A DNA stretch of 50,037 nucleotides from Octopus bimaculoides (GCF_001194135.2 NC_068983.1:80151586-80201622); one strand, 5' to 3'; counted from the stretch's first letter, positions 36,411 through 49,997 are shown. Numbers and translations: made by a program. The notes: generated by a model not told the origin, from the sequence alone.

Positions 36411-38329
36411 ATCTATTTATGTTGCTATAAAAATAATAAAAAATAATCATAAAAGCATTGTGTCAGAAAATAGTTCCATGTTTTTTGCTTTTGTTCAGAA
36501 TATTGGAAATGTCAGAATGAATGATGAAACAAAACTTGACATAACTTAATTCAAACAATATCTGATAAGTTTCAAAGATTTACAAGGATCATTAAGCATT
36601 TCTAATATTAAAGTGTTGTTTGAAAAATATAATGGAGAAATGTAGCATTTAATTTCAGCAACCATTAGCTGTTTAACATTTTGTTTTATTCAGTTCGCTT
36701 TCAAATTCAAGATATTCACTGTATTTCTAGTCTTTTAAGATACAAAGTATTTACTGATCCTGAAATTCTGGCAACATATTACTCAAGTATTGTTAAATTT
36801 AAAGTAAATATGGAATCTTTTATAATGGTGCTTTAAAATGGTATTAAAACCTATTCATAGCTCTATATCTTACCAACTCTTGCTGTAATTAACTCTTTTT
36901 CTCTGTAACCAAGAGCAAAACTTGTGGTAACTTTAGCTTTCAGCATTATATGTCAGCTCACATTTCCTCCATTATTTTCTTTTCATTGAAAGAAAATTGC
37001 TTGTCACTAAATGTTCACTTTCTATTATACATCTAAAATGTATACTAAATAGCAAAGTTATGTTAGATTTTGAAACACATTGTACTTTTTTACTATTTGA
37101 TGCTTTTTTTTTATCTTTAGAGTCTAGTTAATTCTCAAACAATAGTTTTATAAATATATACATTAAACAAGTTTTAAATAGTCTACTTTCTCCTTGAGAA
37201 AAAGTAGAGAGATGGTCATTGTTGTTGTTGCTGTTGTTATTACCATAATCATCACCACCATCATCATCAACAACAATGTAATCATTTTAATGGCCACTTA
37301 TCCATTTCTTCCCTCAACTACAGCAACCTTCTACAATAATGTTCTAATAAATAGTAAGATATGAATCTATTTAATATTTGAATACTGCACTCTTGAAAAC
37401 AAGTTATCTAAGGAAGAATATTTTCAGGTGGAATATCTTTCAAAGCTAAACATTGTATGTAGTAAATTAATTTAAACAAAAATAGTTATTAATTATAAAA
37501 TTATAAAAGAATTATAAAAAATCTTGTCAGAAAAAGCTATTGGTTTCTTACAGCTGTTGCATAAATCATAGCATGGTTCTGTAAAATTTTGTTGATATCA
37601 TTTGCTGTTTCTTATCAGAAATGCTAAATGAAAATTCTATGAAAGATTGTCACTTAAATTTCATGATGTATACATAAGAGACAACTATTAATTTTCAATT
37701 ATTTATAAATATAAATTGAACATATTTGATTTTGATAAACTATCTTAAATGAACAAAGGTCTGATAAATCGTTCTTTAATTCTATAAGTGATTTCTCAAT
37801 CACCGTCAGTTCATTGTAGCTTCTCTCCATTTACAGTAAATAGAAATTTTCCTTTTTTTTTTTTTTTTACCTCAAATTTCTATTATCTGATTACAGATAT
37901 TTCTAAATAAATGATTGTTTAAGTGTTCCTTTATTTTCCTTTTAGGAAAATTATTCCAGAGAATCACTTGGTTCTCATTAAGAATTGAATTTAATGTGCT
38001 TTTTAATTGGTTAATTCTAGTGAATATAAAATCAATTGTTATCATTTAACTTCTGAAATAATTAGAGTATTTCAGAAGATTAGAGCTTTTGTTTAAAATC
38101 AATGATTTTGTATTTTTTATTATTGTTTTTTTTTTTATTATTATTAACAACAACAACAATGATAATCATTTTCGTGGCCACTAATCCATTCTGATTTCAA
38201 CTACAAGAATTTTCCATGATGATTTTCTGATAGATAGTAAGTTTGTAAAGCAACATTGATCTGTTTTATTGAAAATGTTCATATGTTTAAGTAGTTCTGC
38301 TTATTTAACATAATATAAAGATGCATTAA

Positions 38330-38965
38330 TATTGTATTGAGTCAAAACTTTTGTGATATTTTCATAACTTATTTGCTTTATTCATCAAGTTACAACAAAA
38401 GCAGCCTAGCACTCAAAGTAGAGACTATCATGTTACTCTGTCTGAAGCCACCTTTCTGCCAGTTCTTTAATCCCATGCTGAAACCACATCTTGTCCTCTG
38501 AAATAAAATCCTTTACTGAAACTTCTACCTCTTCCTGATTAATGAAGCATTGCAAGTGCTGGAAGTAAGCCCTGGATTGGAACAAACAATAGTCCAAAGG
38601 AGCTAAGTCTGGACTAAATGCTGAGTTTGGCATCTGTTCACTTCCCTCAAGTTCCTTGAGTTTATTCCAAATCATTTGAGTGGTATGAGGTCTTGTGCTG
38701 TCTTGCTGCAGAAAAGATCACTTTCTGTTAACCAATGCAGGGTATTTTTACCACATAAGAGCATACATCTGCTTCAGCTGTTCAGAGTACAGAACAAACT
38801 TTTAGTTATTTATCCCCTCATAATTCCACCAGACACAGAGCATCACCTTATATTCAAAACATTCATGTTTGACAAGTTCCAAAAGTTGGCCCTTGCTTAG
38901 CCACTGCTTATGCACATTAGGATTGCAGAAAAATATTTTCCTCAGATTATTACTTGTTCATATCT
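38330..38965 (-). mobile_element. Mariner transposase remnant (catalytic domain to 3' TIR)
   Basis: KVMLCVWWNYEGI...LYSEQL...KYPALVNRK...LQQDSTRPHT...SPDLAPLDYCLF...GIKELAERWLQT, then a TIR ending at TA 38330. Confidence 0.92.
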
Positions 38966-39207
38966 ATGGCTCACTTACTGCACTCATTTCATCAACCAAG
39001 AGGAGGGGGAAGCTTCAGTGAAGGAGTTCTTTGCCTTGAAGGAGAATAACTGGTATTAGTGTGGAATCAAAGAACTGACAAAAAGGTGGCTTCAGACAGT
39101 GAAACACAATGGCCTCTATTTTGAATGCTAGGCTATATTTGTTGTAACTTGATGAATAGAGCAAAGAAGTTATGAAAATATTGCAAAACTTTTTACTTAA
39201 CACGATA
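38965..39207 (+). mobile_element. Second mariner 3' end of the same family, opposite orientation
   Basis: FINQEEGEASVKEFFALKENNWY*CGIKELTKRWLQTVKHNGLYFEC*, followed by a TIR ending at TA 39206-39207. Confidence 0.9.
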
Positions 39208-39512
39208 TCATTATACTTTGATGAACTATTAATTGGTCAGCATATGAGAATGCAAACTCAGTCACAAGTGTAAATCTGAATGAGGTAACAATATGCCATC
39301 ACACACTAGAAATGCATATTTCCCCTCTTCCACTTAGATTACTCTTACATGCTTATACATTTTCAAAATGAATGTAAACATATGCATATATACATACACG
39401 TGTGTGTGTGTGTGTGTGCATATATACATATGCTTGTGTCTCTGAGTATTTGTGCATAAATATATATTACATGTGTAAGCTATCAAGATGGATAGATAGA
39501 TAGAGAGGTAGA

Positions 39513-39910
39513 CAGGCATAGAGATATCTATGTGGTTAAGAAGGTAACTGCCCAACCATGTACTTTTGAGTTCAATTCTACTGTGTGAAACCTTGGTTAC
39601 TATAGTCCTGAGTTGGCCAATGCTTTGTGAGTGAATTTGGTTGACAGAAGTTGAAAGAAGCCCATTGTGCATGTATCAGAGCATGTGTGAGTAAGTGTGT
39701 GTGTGTGTGTATTACTGTCATACAAACACTGTCCTTCATTTCCAATCTTTTGTGAAAACATGTCTGGCCAGGAAGAAATATTACATTGCAAGAAAACAGC
39801 TAAAGAATAGTGACAGAAGGGCATCTGGCTGTAGAAGGTCTACTTCAACCAATTCCATGTGAATCATATAAGCAGGGCAAAATTAGACATTGTAATGGTG
39901 ATGATGATGA
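39513..39910 (+). mobile_element. SINE family B, near full length
   Basis: Head TGTGGTTAAGAAGG...TGAGTTCAATTC, (GT)n middle, and tail GAAGGGCATCTGGCTGTAGAAGG...(GAT)n. Confidence 0.8.
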
Positions 39911-40373
39911 CTATTGGTATGTGTGTGTTTATGAATGCATACATATGTGTGTGTATGTGTAAGTATCTAAGTATGTGTAATTACATTGTAAGTTTATACT
40001 GGTAGATGCTTATAAGTTTAACATCATTCTCCATTTGATATTTTCATATTCCTTCCAGTTTTCATACCATATTCTTTGTAGACTTATAAAATATGTTTAA
40101 TCAATATAGTAGATACCTAATTTCTACAATTTAACCTCAGTACAGAAGAAATATTCTAATATATCTTACATTTTATACAAAGCAAAAAGAAACAAGATGA
40201 TATAGAAAAAACATAAATATATAAATAAAAGGAAAGACAGTAGGAGGGAAGTGGAAATTTGCTATTAATTTACACAATGTTGTAAACAAACAAAAATAAT
40301 CTAAACAGAAAATAATATCCAGTGGCTGATTTCATGGGTTCAAATGCAATTTATTTGTTTCTAAGCTCATCAG

Positions 40374-40427
<54 letters not shown>

Positions 40428-41552
40428 TATATGAGATGGTAGGGGTTCGCTCTCCTGCTCGAAATTTTGTTGGATGCAATTGTGCATCATTAACCAGCTA
40501 GAGGAGATGTCTTCTTGGGGTTAAAAAATTGCATTAGAGTCTGCTTGAATGGACAGCCATATTAAAGTGGCAACAAATATTACTTATAACAAAGAAATAT
40601 AATAACAAATAAAAGAAAAACCTAACTTTATATCAACTGGCTATCAAGATATTTTCAAACAGTTGTGATGGAATTGTGTTGGTGACAGGTTACAGTTGTG
40701 TGATGAAAATTTTGATACCTAATGAAATAAATTCAAGTTTGAAGTGAATTTAACAGTTTTGTGTGTTATAAAATTGGCTAGAATGGTTCTTCATTGATAT
40801 AGTTGTGTTAGTTTCAGCATATACTCTCAGATCAAGTCACTTGTGAAACAAGAACTATTGATCCTTTATCTAAAAGTAATATTATACAACTATTTTTAGA
40901 AAATACTTTGACAGAATGATAAGAATGATTCAATTTTATTTTTCAAGCTAATTTACCCTCCTTATACTAGAGAAAACACATTCACAACTATCCCAGAGAT
41001 TTTCCTTTTTAGCCTTTCAAATGGTATTTCCTGAAGAATGTTTTCCAATGTCTAAAAATAACTAAATATCTGTTGATTCAAGCATTATAAAAACTGTCTA
41101 AAGCTATTGAACCAGTTACCTCTGTTTTGGCTTCTTATTTGCATGTTGTTCTTTCTCAGAGGCCAGTAATTAAACAGCTGGTGAAAATATGTAGACACTT
41201 CACTGAGCTGAAAACTGATTATCTTTCTAGTTTTTATTGTTCCTAGCTAAGTTAATAGCTATACTTTGGTCATGTTATTATCCCCTCCTTCCTATTTACT
41301 TCTGGTTCTTTAACTTTTTTGATACAGTCCTGTTCATATAAACAGCAATGTATTCATTCCTTATCAGTGTGCATAGAGTAAAATAAAAACAAACAAAACT
41401 TAGGCTATGTTTTATACCTTAATCAACTGTAAAATGTTGAAGAGTTAGCAAATGTTCACATTATAGTCCAACTATTTATGAAGCAATGTAAATACTGAAA
41501 TACTTGTCACATGTAATAAGTTGTTCTCTTTTTATTACTATTATTATTATTT

Positions 41553-41716
41553 AGGTGGCACACTGGTAGACTCACTAGCATTCTGAGTTCAAATTCTGCT
41601 GAGGTCAACTATTCCTTTCACCCTTTTAAGGTGAAAGCATAGTCTAGTTGAGCAGTTGGGTCAATGCAACTGACTTAAACTCCAAAATTGTTGGCTTTGT
41701 GCCAAAATGTGAAACC
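41553..41716 (+). mobile_element. SINE family C, internally deleted
   Basis: TTCTGAGTTCAAATTCTGCTGAGGTCAAC, flanked by (ATT)n. Confidence 0.75.
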
Positions 41717-41755
41717 ATTATTATTATTACTGCTACTACTAATAATAATAATAAT

Positions 41756-42060
41756 GTGAAAGCACATGGCTTAGTGGTTAGGGTGTTGCACTCACAATCC
41801 AGCAATCATGATTTCAGTTCCTAGACCGGGTGGTGTGTTGTGTTCTTGAGCAAAACACTTCATCTCACATTGCTATGCAATCACTTTGATGCCTAATGTG
41901 TAGCACACTGTGTACCTGTTCAGACAATGTCAATTTGATGGAGGGAGGGAACTAATGTGCAGCACGAACATTTGATCACTATACACAAATCAATTGTGTA
42001 GGTCGTTCTGCAAAAGATGAATGCTTATACACCGTCTTCAACAGGGGACTACATCGCTGA
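41756..42060 (+). mobile_element. tRNA-derived SINE family G
   Basis: A-box TGGCTTAGTGGTTAG, degenerate B-box GATTTCAGTTCC, then GTGTTCTTGAGCAAAACACTT typical of tRNA-SINE bodies; ends in an (AAT)-rich tract. Confidence 0.65.
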
Positions 42061-42132
42061 TAATAATATTATTATTATTACTACTGCTGCTGTTGCTGTT
42101 ACTACTACCACTACTACTACTACTACTACTAC

Positions 42133-42166
<34 letters not shown>

Positions 42167-42186
42167 ATTATTATTACATTATTATT
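42060..42186. repeat. Compound trinucleotide tract (ATT)/(GCT)/(ACT)/(AAT)
   Basis: Read directly. Confidence 0.9.
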
Positions 42187-42359
42187 AAAGCAGTAAGCAA
42201 AGGTATTGGCATGTCAGACAAAATGTTAGCATTTTGTCATCTTTACATTCTGAGTTCAAATTTCACCAAAGTTGACTTTGCTTTTCAATAACATAAGTAT
42301 CAGTTGAGCACTGGGGTCGATGTAATTAAGTAGGCCCTGTGCCTATTATAGGAAGAATG

Positions 42360-42392
<33 letters not shown>
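42187..42392 (+). mobile_element. SINE family C with (ATT)n tail
   Basis: CATTCTGAGTTCAAATTTCACC...GCACTGGGGTCGATGTAAT, then (ATT)n to 42392. Confidence 0.75.
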
Positions 42393-42496
42393 GACCCATG
42401 TAGTGTGAAGACATTGTTTTCCTTCTCTCTTCGAGACTTGATTTATTCAAATTTTCTTTAAAGTACTTATAAAAAAAAAGGACTGTAAATTACCTA

Positions 42497-44110
42497 ATGA
42501 AAGTTTACATACAATGGCTGGTTGTAGACAACAAAAGAAGTTTGTTTTACAAACTTTTAAAATCTATTTATGCACATTACATTTCCACATCCCAAATAAC
42601 TGCCAAATATATCTCATTACTTAATATTGCAATGGAAAAAAGACACAAAAACACAATTGAATGTCCAAAGAGAAGGAAAGGTTTATTTCAGTGAACAATT
42701 AATAGATATAAATAAGAATATCCCAAACACTCAAACAAGTTGTTTTGAAAATAGTTGTTGTAATAATAACAACAGCAGTGGTGACTCTTGGATAGAGTTA
42801 CACACAATAAACTATTCATATAATATTCAAGGGAAGCTCCCTTAATACAAACTGGACCTATCACAGTTCCAAGACAAAAAACTTTTTCTTAGACTGGTTT
42901 TTTAGATTAAAACTTAAGAAAGAAAATGGAGTACACATGTAAGATACGATAAGTTAGGAGAAATTTTTATGATTGAACAGCATTTCTTTGTCATAGAAAC
43001 ATATCCAGAAGAGAGCAAAGAAAAAGAATATATATAAAAGGATGGATCTAGAACAAGTCTACCTTCATGATAAGAAGTGAAACAAGCACTTCAAGACATC
43101 TCAGAAGAAATACTTTCAACTAAAAATGGCAAAAATTATAGAACTACCACCTACTGTACCTTCAAGACTGATACTTGGCCAAAGCACAGGCTGATATCAT
43201 CAGACATAACTCCACCCATACATTTGTGATTCAGTAAGTGAGGCAAAATATGCAAGAATACTGATAAAAGACTTCAAAAATGGCATAGATTCATGGTTAA
43301 TCATCACTTTTGTTTCATACTATAGGTGAATAAAGGAGGGGTAGCATCAAAGTAGATTTGCAAGTTCAAATGATTCCTGAAGGTTGTAAAGCCATGTTGG
43401 AACTGTGCCAGCATAAGGAGCCAAGAAAAGGGCCTGAGATTGATGGTACAGAGCTAAAAGATTAGTTACTACATTTCTCATTGTAAGAATCACTACATAG
43501 GTGATTGCCCTAGAGAACTGGAAGGACTAAATAAAAAATATAAGAGCAGAAATGAAAATAATGAAGATCAAGTGAGTGAAACAGCAAAATAAGTAGATAA
43601 TTAAGTACACCTCTAGGGTCCAGAACACCATCAACCAAAATTCTGGGTATAGCAAGAGAAATATCTTCACTTTCAATATTGGAAATAGGTGAGAAAACAA
43701 TTTGCTCTTATAACAGTGCCAAGTAGCACGCTTAATCATTGTGCAATGAGGAAGATGTAATTGTTACAGATGAAAACCTACACACTTTCATGAAAACCAC
43801 CAAAGGTAAAAAATGTCTCACAAAAAGAAAACTCAAACCAACAAACACATGTGACAGGAGTAAAATTTATTCAAAACAACAATGATACTTCTCAAAAAAA
43901 CAGCAAAATATAACTAACAATCACTGTCCATTGAAAGTTAAACAAACAGTAGACAAAATTATACATCTTTGTGACAAAAGTTAGGTCACAAAAGCAGTTA
44001 CGTTCAGAATTAAAGCAACATGCAAAAGATAGATTATTAGTAAAAATAGAACTGTACCATCACAATGAGCATAATCTGAAGAAGATGAAGTTTTGCAGCA
44101 TGAAACATAC
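42497..44110 (+). mobile_element. Possible highly decayed LINE body
   Basis: Strongly A-rich + strand with scattered RT/linker-like peptides (DNKRSLFYKLLKSIY; EVKQALQD; NHCPLKVKQTVDKIIHLCD...VTFRIKA). No continuous frame. Confidence 0.3.
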
Positions 44111-45769
44111 CCCCCCCCAACACTTTCTAATGCATTCATAATCATTTTGAGAATTAGTTAATGAGTAGGATTGTGGAGTATCCAAAGCCAACCTTCCTTT
44201 ATATATTATGGGCTTTATCATACTTCTATTATTCATTACTTTGCAAATCCATATACTTTAAAAATCTTTAGTAATGTCCATTCATCTATTGTATTATATC
44301 TCCTCTCCTCCCCTTTATATTTTTAAGCTTGCTTTTACACCTGACTTTACTTTGTAACCCTTTGAGAAAGTTTAATATTTTTATATTTCTTCAAGTTTTT
44401 GTGGTTAATAAAGAATTATTAGTAGTAGTAGTAGTAGGAGTAGGAGTAGTAGTAGTAGTAGGAGTAGGAGTAGTAGTAGTAGTACAAGGAAATTGAAACA
44501 TTGTAGAAGATAGTATTTCTTACAAGATGTTGGAATAAGTTCATCTATTAGAATGCTTACATTTCGTTTATAAAAAGTATATTTTTAATTCTTTTTCATT
44601 TTTCCATTTTAAAGTTTAAATACTTTTCATAATCTATACTTAAGTGATTCATTTTAAATATTTATTTAAATGGTATTTTATTTTATTTTTTTGTTACATT
44701 GAAGAAAACATTTGATTTTTAGATGATAACTTAATGAACCCATTGAACCTCAAAATTAATTCAAACTGATTTTAGTGTATTATTTTTTCCTTAAGTAATA
44801 TTTGACATTGTTGCCTGTGTCTACTTAACAAGAAAAAAAAATAATAATTCTATTTCATTTATAAAGAACTTAGAACCATCTATATATATAAATTACCAAC
44901 TATAAAAATCCAATGACACATGATAGATCTCTATCTGTTGTTCAATCCAAACTTTGTTGTCCACTACTTCTATTTCGTTCGAACTTGTTCACTAATTCAA
45001 TGATTTTAAAATATTATCAAAGACTAAAATTATAAAAATTATCTTGTATATATACTCTTTTCAACCTTTGCTTGATCTTTAGAGTAAATATATATATATG
45101 TATTCTCCCTCAGAACAAACTTTCCATTGTAACTTAGAAGATGCATCGAGTGTTTTGGGAACAGGCATGGATTTTGTGTTGACATTTGGGAAATTAATTT
45201 TAAAGGCCAACCTCACATTTTATATGCTACTTTAAAAAAAAAAAAAAAGTTTGCCAAATACTAGGCAACAAAGATCAGACTTGGACATTTTATTACTTGT
45301 TCCAATTAGTCTACTTTACTTGGAATGAAAATGATACACATGTAGCTACACATATCACTACTCACCGTGTATCAGAGGATAAAATATACTTAGTTTATTT
45401 TTCACATTAACACAGAAATTGTCTTTCTCTCTTCTCTCTTTTGTTCTCACTCTCTCTCTTTCACCCTCTCCATATATATGTGTGCATGTATGAAACAGCA
45501 AGTGGATGTTTTCTGGCACCTCTGTTAATCTCTCTTTTCTACCATCCCCTCACAACAATAAATCTGTTCTCCTAATATATTGCAACTTCTCTCAACATCA
45601 ACCTTTCACAGCAATCAATCCACATCACCCAGCACACTGTAACTTTCACCATACCTCACTTTAAGTTATTATTCCCTTTCCCATTCTCTCCTTTGCCCTC
45701 TGTCTTACAAAGTGACCTCAGTTGAGCTGATGACAAAAATATCACCCTGTACATTCCATAAAGGGTTGG

Positions 45770-46015
45770 GTAATGGGGAAATCAAGCAGTGACAATGCAG
45801 GGTTTGACAGAACCTTTTAGTCCTGCTGAGGATAAGAAAACCCTTGTAGTGTTGGCACCACAAAAAATATGCTCTATACACTTTGAAAAGTGGTTGATAT
45901 TCAGATGGTCATCCAGCCATAGAAGATACTAAAGTAGCACATTTTTATCCAACATGTTGGATCCTGTCAAACCATCCAATCTATGCCAGTATGGAAAGCA
46001 AGCATAAAATGGTAG
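45770..46015 (+). mobile_element. Decayed family D element
   Basis: GGTCATCCAGCCATAGAAG...CCATCCAATCTATGCCAGTATGGAAAGC. Confidence 0.6.
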
Positions 46016-46164
46016 CGGTGGAAGCAGCACTGGTGGTAGCAGTGTGCTTATATGTGTGTTTATATGTGTGCTTATATGTGTGTTTCTTGTGTTCGTGCAT
46101 GTGTTTATATTTGATATATGATACCACTTAATATCAGTATTGAGTGAAAAAGATAAGTTTGTCA

Positions 46165-46295
46165 ATGATTAAGATATAGAATGATAAAATAAGTACTAGA
46201 GTCACTACAATCAACAGCAAAAAAATAAATACTAAAGGTGGTGCCCCATTATGGCCATAGCCCAGTGACTGAAACCAATGCAAATAAAAGAATAT
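46165..46295 (+). mobile_element. 3' tail of SINE family A
   Basis: AAGGTGGTGCCCCATTATGGCCATAGCCCAGTGACTGAAACC matches the reverse complement of 20100-20160. Confidence 0.6.
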
Positions 46296-46900
46296 ATTAA
46301 AAATTTAAAACAGAAAAAAAAAATATTCCACTTAGAGAAGCTAGAACCACATAGCTGTCACTAGCCATTACACTATAGAGCACCTGCAATTCAAATTATA
46401 TGCTATAAATGTTTAATTCATTGTCCATTTATCACCTGGTTAGCAAGAAAGAGGATATGTGGATCAAATTTTACAGATACATTCTTGTTGTTCTATCAAA
46501 ATCATTGTTACAAAAATTTAACTATTACTTGTTTATATATGTGAGTGTATACTTACACACACACGCACACATACACACACACATACATACACAAACATAC
46601 ACATAATTTGATGGGGAATGTTGGCTGTCAAAGATGACAAAGCTATAAAACAATAGCATGTGAATATTGAGTTTTAAAAAACCCTTGAATAGAAAAGTCA
46701 AAGGCTGCCCTTGGGACTCAAACCCATATTTCCTATAAACCTGACAGGTGTTTTCTATGCAAGGGATTTTTTTAACCCAATATTTACATGCTATAGTTTA
46801 TAGCTTCATGCACTCCAAGATCCAACATTCCCCCCCAAAAAAACGATTATTTACATTCTCTTGAAGTTTATAAATTCTTATGAAATCAATGTGTGTGTGT

Positions 46901-46946
<46 letters not shown>

Positions 46947-47477
46947 ACATTATTTATTCAAAGCTGAGCCAACACAATTTGCTGTTGAGTTTATCATTCA
47001 TGATCATCTGGTTCCTGAAAAATGGAAATGAGAAACTATAAACAGTTCTCATGTACTCAACTTTGAATGAATGTTAATCCATTCTATCAAACAGTATTGA
47101 ATGTTTCTTTTTCACTAACTTAGAATTCACCCAGTGTGGAGTGACAACACATTGTGTGAATTTGCGTGCAAATGTGTATGTGTGTATGTGCATGCATGTG
47201 AGCCAGTGTATGTATGTATCTGTGTGCATATGTTCGTTTGTGTGTTTTCATAAAAGATCTATTCTCAAACATTTTTCTCAATTAATTATAAAGATTCAAT
47301 ATTTCTGCATGGAGTCAAAATAGATTTGTACAAACTTTTGTATCTGGAAGAAGTCTAAATATTATATTTCTTCAGCTTGTTATGTTTCTTCGGTAACCCT
47401 TTATAAAATAAAAATATCCATTCTTTAAACTTATTCCTTCATTGCACTTAGATTTATTTGATGGCTATTAAATTCTC

Positions 47478-47805
47478 ATCATCATTGATTAACATTTATT
47501 TTCTATGCTGGCATGGGCTGGACAGTTTGACTGAGATCTGGAGAGCCAGCAGCTGCACCAGGCTCCAATCTGATCTGGCAATGTTTTTACAGCTAGATGC
47601 CCTTCCTAATGTCAACCACTCCGAGAGTGTAGTGGGTGCTTTTTGCATGCTACTGGCACAGGGGCCAGTCAGGGGGTAGTGGTATCATCTCCGTTCAGAT
47701 GGTGCTTTTTACGTGCCACTGCCATGGGGCCAGTCAGGTGGTCCTGATGTTGATCACATTTGGATAGTGCTTTTTACGTGCCACTGGCAAGGGTTACATG
47801 CCACC
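47478..47805 (-). mobile_element. Family D element with three internal tandem units
   Basis: GATGCCCTTCCTAATGTCAACCACTCCGAGAGTGTAGTGGG, then three GTGCTTTTT(A)C(G/A)TGC(C)AC units. Confidence 0.85.
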
Positions 47806-49997
47806 GTTCTATAAAATAAAATTCTACCTCTACATTATATTTGTTTTCAATTAAAGTCTCTTGATAGTTATTTTTTCACATACACCAAAGGAATTCAATC
47901 AATATTTAAATCAAAGTTTGAAACAAATCTACTGGTACCTTTGTTTTTTTTTTCTTTGAGGGAATTTTTTGCCATTGAGGACTCAGTTCTTTTCATTTTA
48001 TTGTTCTTTTCTTTTATGTCTAGCTTACAAAATCAATTCATCCACTGAAATTTAAATAACTTCATCTACATTTTATACAAACCAGATTAAGTTTTTTTGT
48101 TGTTGTTCCTGAAAGAACAATGATGAAAACAGTTTCATCATCTCACAAACAATATATTTTGTTTAATTTTATTTTTCTTCAAACTCTAAACATACTTTTG
48201 TTTCCTTTTTATTTCTTCATATTTAAGCGTGTTCCTCATGGGGTGACAAATTATATCTAGTTTGCATTTGAAACCTTTTTTTTTTAATGCATAGTTTATT
48301 AAAATTAGCCTCTATTTCTTGAATAGTTTCATGGATTTCTTTCTCTTCATTTCATTAACATCTGTTGGGTCGTAAAGTGTCCTAACTGATTCTCTTTATA
48401 TCAGACATCCAGCCTTATCCCATGAATTCTTGAAGATAAACTGCCATTTCACAACTTTTAAAATGTAAAAGTTATTCACCTCCAGAAGTACACTATTAGT
48501 TATATATTATAACTTGTATCTGGTTATAGAAAACAAAATTACAGATGTAATTGTGGTGCATTAATTATTCTGATTCTGTTTTAAATCTCTTTTACAATGA
48601 GGATCAAAAGACTAAAACACTCTGTATCAGATTTAAAAGTTAGTTCATTAACAAGATGATTTATTTTTTATCTTACACTAGAAATGTTGGATTTTAAAAT
48701 CTTCATCTAAAACAGCTTGACTGTGGACTGAAATTCTTTTAAATGTTGTAATATCACGAAGGAGTGTACTCATATTTTCAAGCATTTCACTGAGAGTTAC
48801 AAAGCATCTTATTCATAGAAGGCTATTTTCAAGATCCAATAGTTTTAAAATTCTAACCTATCTTTATTTCTGCCATTCCTAGATCAGATTTTTTTTCTAA
48901 TAAAATGTAATATTTTAAAATCTATTGACAAATTTAATATTTTCATGAAGTTACACATGTTTAATGTATGTTATTTGACTAGCTACTTTTGAATTCACTG
49001 AAAATCATTAGAAAAGAAGAGAATTATAAGAAACAAAACAAAACAAAAAAAGCATTCCTTGTTGAAAAATCAACTCATTAAGCTAACTAAACTCAAATAG
49101 CCATCTCAGTTCTAAAGTTTTGGATGATCTGGAAAAAACTTCATTGCCTATCCTCCACATACTTCTATATACACAAGAACGCTTTCAGTATCATTGAATG
49201 AGGCAGTGATGTAAGGATATTATCATATGGTAATCATAAGAAAGAGGAAAATAACTTGTAGATAGGTAGGTTGATGGTTGGAAGGAAAGAGGGGAAAGGA
49301 GAAAGAGAGAGAGAAAGGGTTTTTTATTTTTGGTATTTCATTTTATTTTCCTTCATTTTCTTTTAAACTTAACTAAACACATAATTATAGTCTGACATAA
49401 TTAAACAGTTTTTGTATAATAGCTATAAACGTAACTCCTTGAAAACTGAAAGCAATTATAAAAATGATGTAAATGATGACTAAAATGTTAGGGATTTCTT
49501 GTCTCAATCTTTCATTTAGGAACAAGGCAAAATATTTAGACATTTCTGTAGCAACTTAATATTGAGCAAAAACAAATATAAACAAAATGGCATTTCTTTC
49601 AACTCTATAAGAAAGAATATAAATAACGAATATAAAGTATATAAAACAATGTATAGAATATAAATTAAAAAGAAAATAAACAATAAAATAGCATTTATTG
49701 TTTTTCTTTAAATGCTAACTGTTTGTATAACTTGAAGATATAGTTAGCAAATAGCTGGAATTACTGTTCTTGAATTCTTAGGTTTTATTTTGTTTTTGTT
49801 TTAGATAGAAGGAAAAGGAAGGGAATGAGATATGTTTTGACCTACCAAAATAGACAAGAACATTCTGTTCCTAAATTCTTCTGTATCAGTTCCTAAGTAG
49901 GTTAGTCAACTCTTTATGTTAGACTACTGCAACAGATTGACACTGTTTAGCTTTGTACATGTGTTTTAACAAAAGTTTATTTCATAGTTTTAGAATT

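Noticed and set aside
37315-37350. Minus-strand NIIVEGCCS* resembling a TGF-beta C-terminus
   Set aside because: Only 9 residues, an in-frame stop immediately upstream, the Cys pattern is not CxC, and the paralogous segment does not keep it.
41756-41830. tRNA genes at SINE heads (also 41-110, 39520-39590)
   Set aside because: A/B boxes are present but there is no full cloverleaf, and each runs into a SINE body.
46700-46765. tRNA-like T-arm on the minus strand (GGGTTTGAGTCCC)
   Set aside because: No matching acceptor or D arm; at most a decayed SINE or tRNA fragment.
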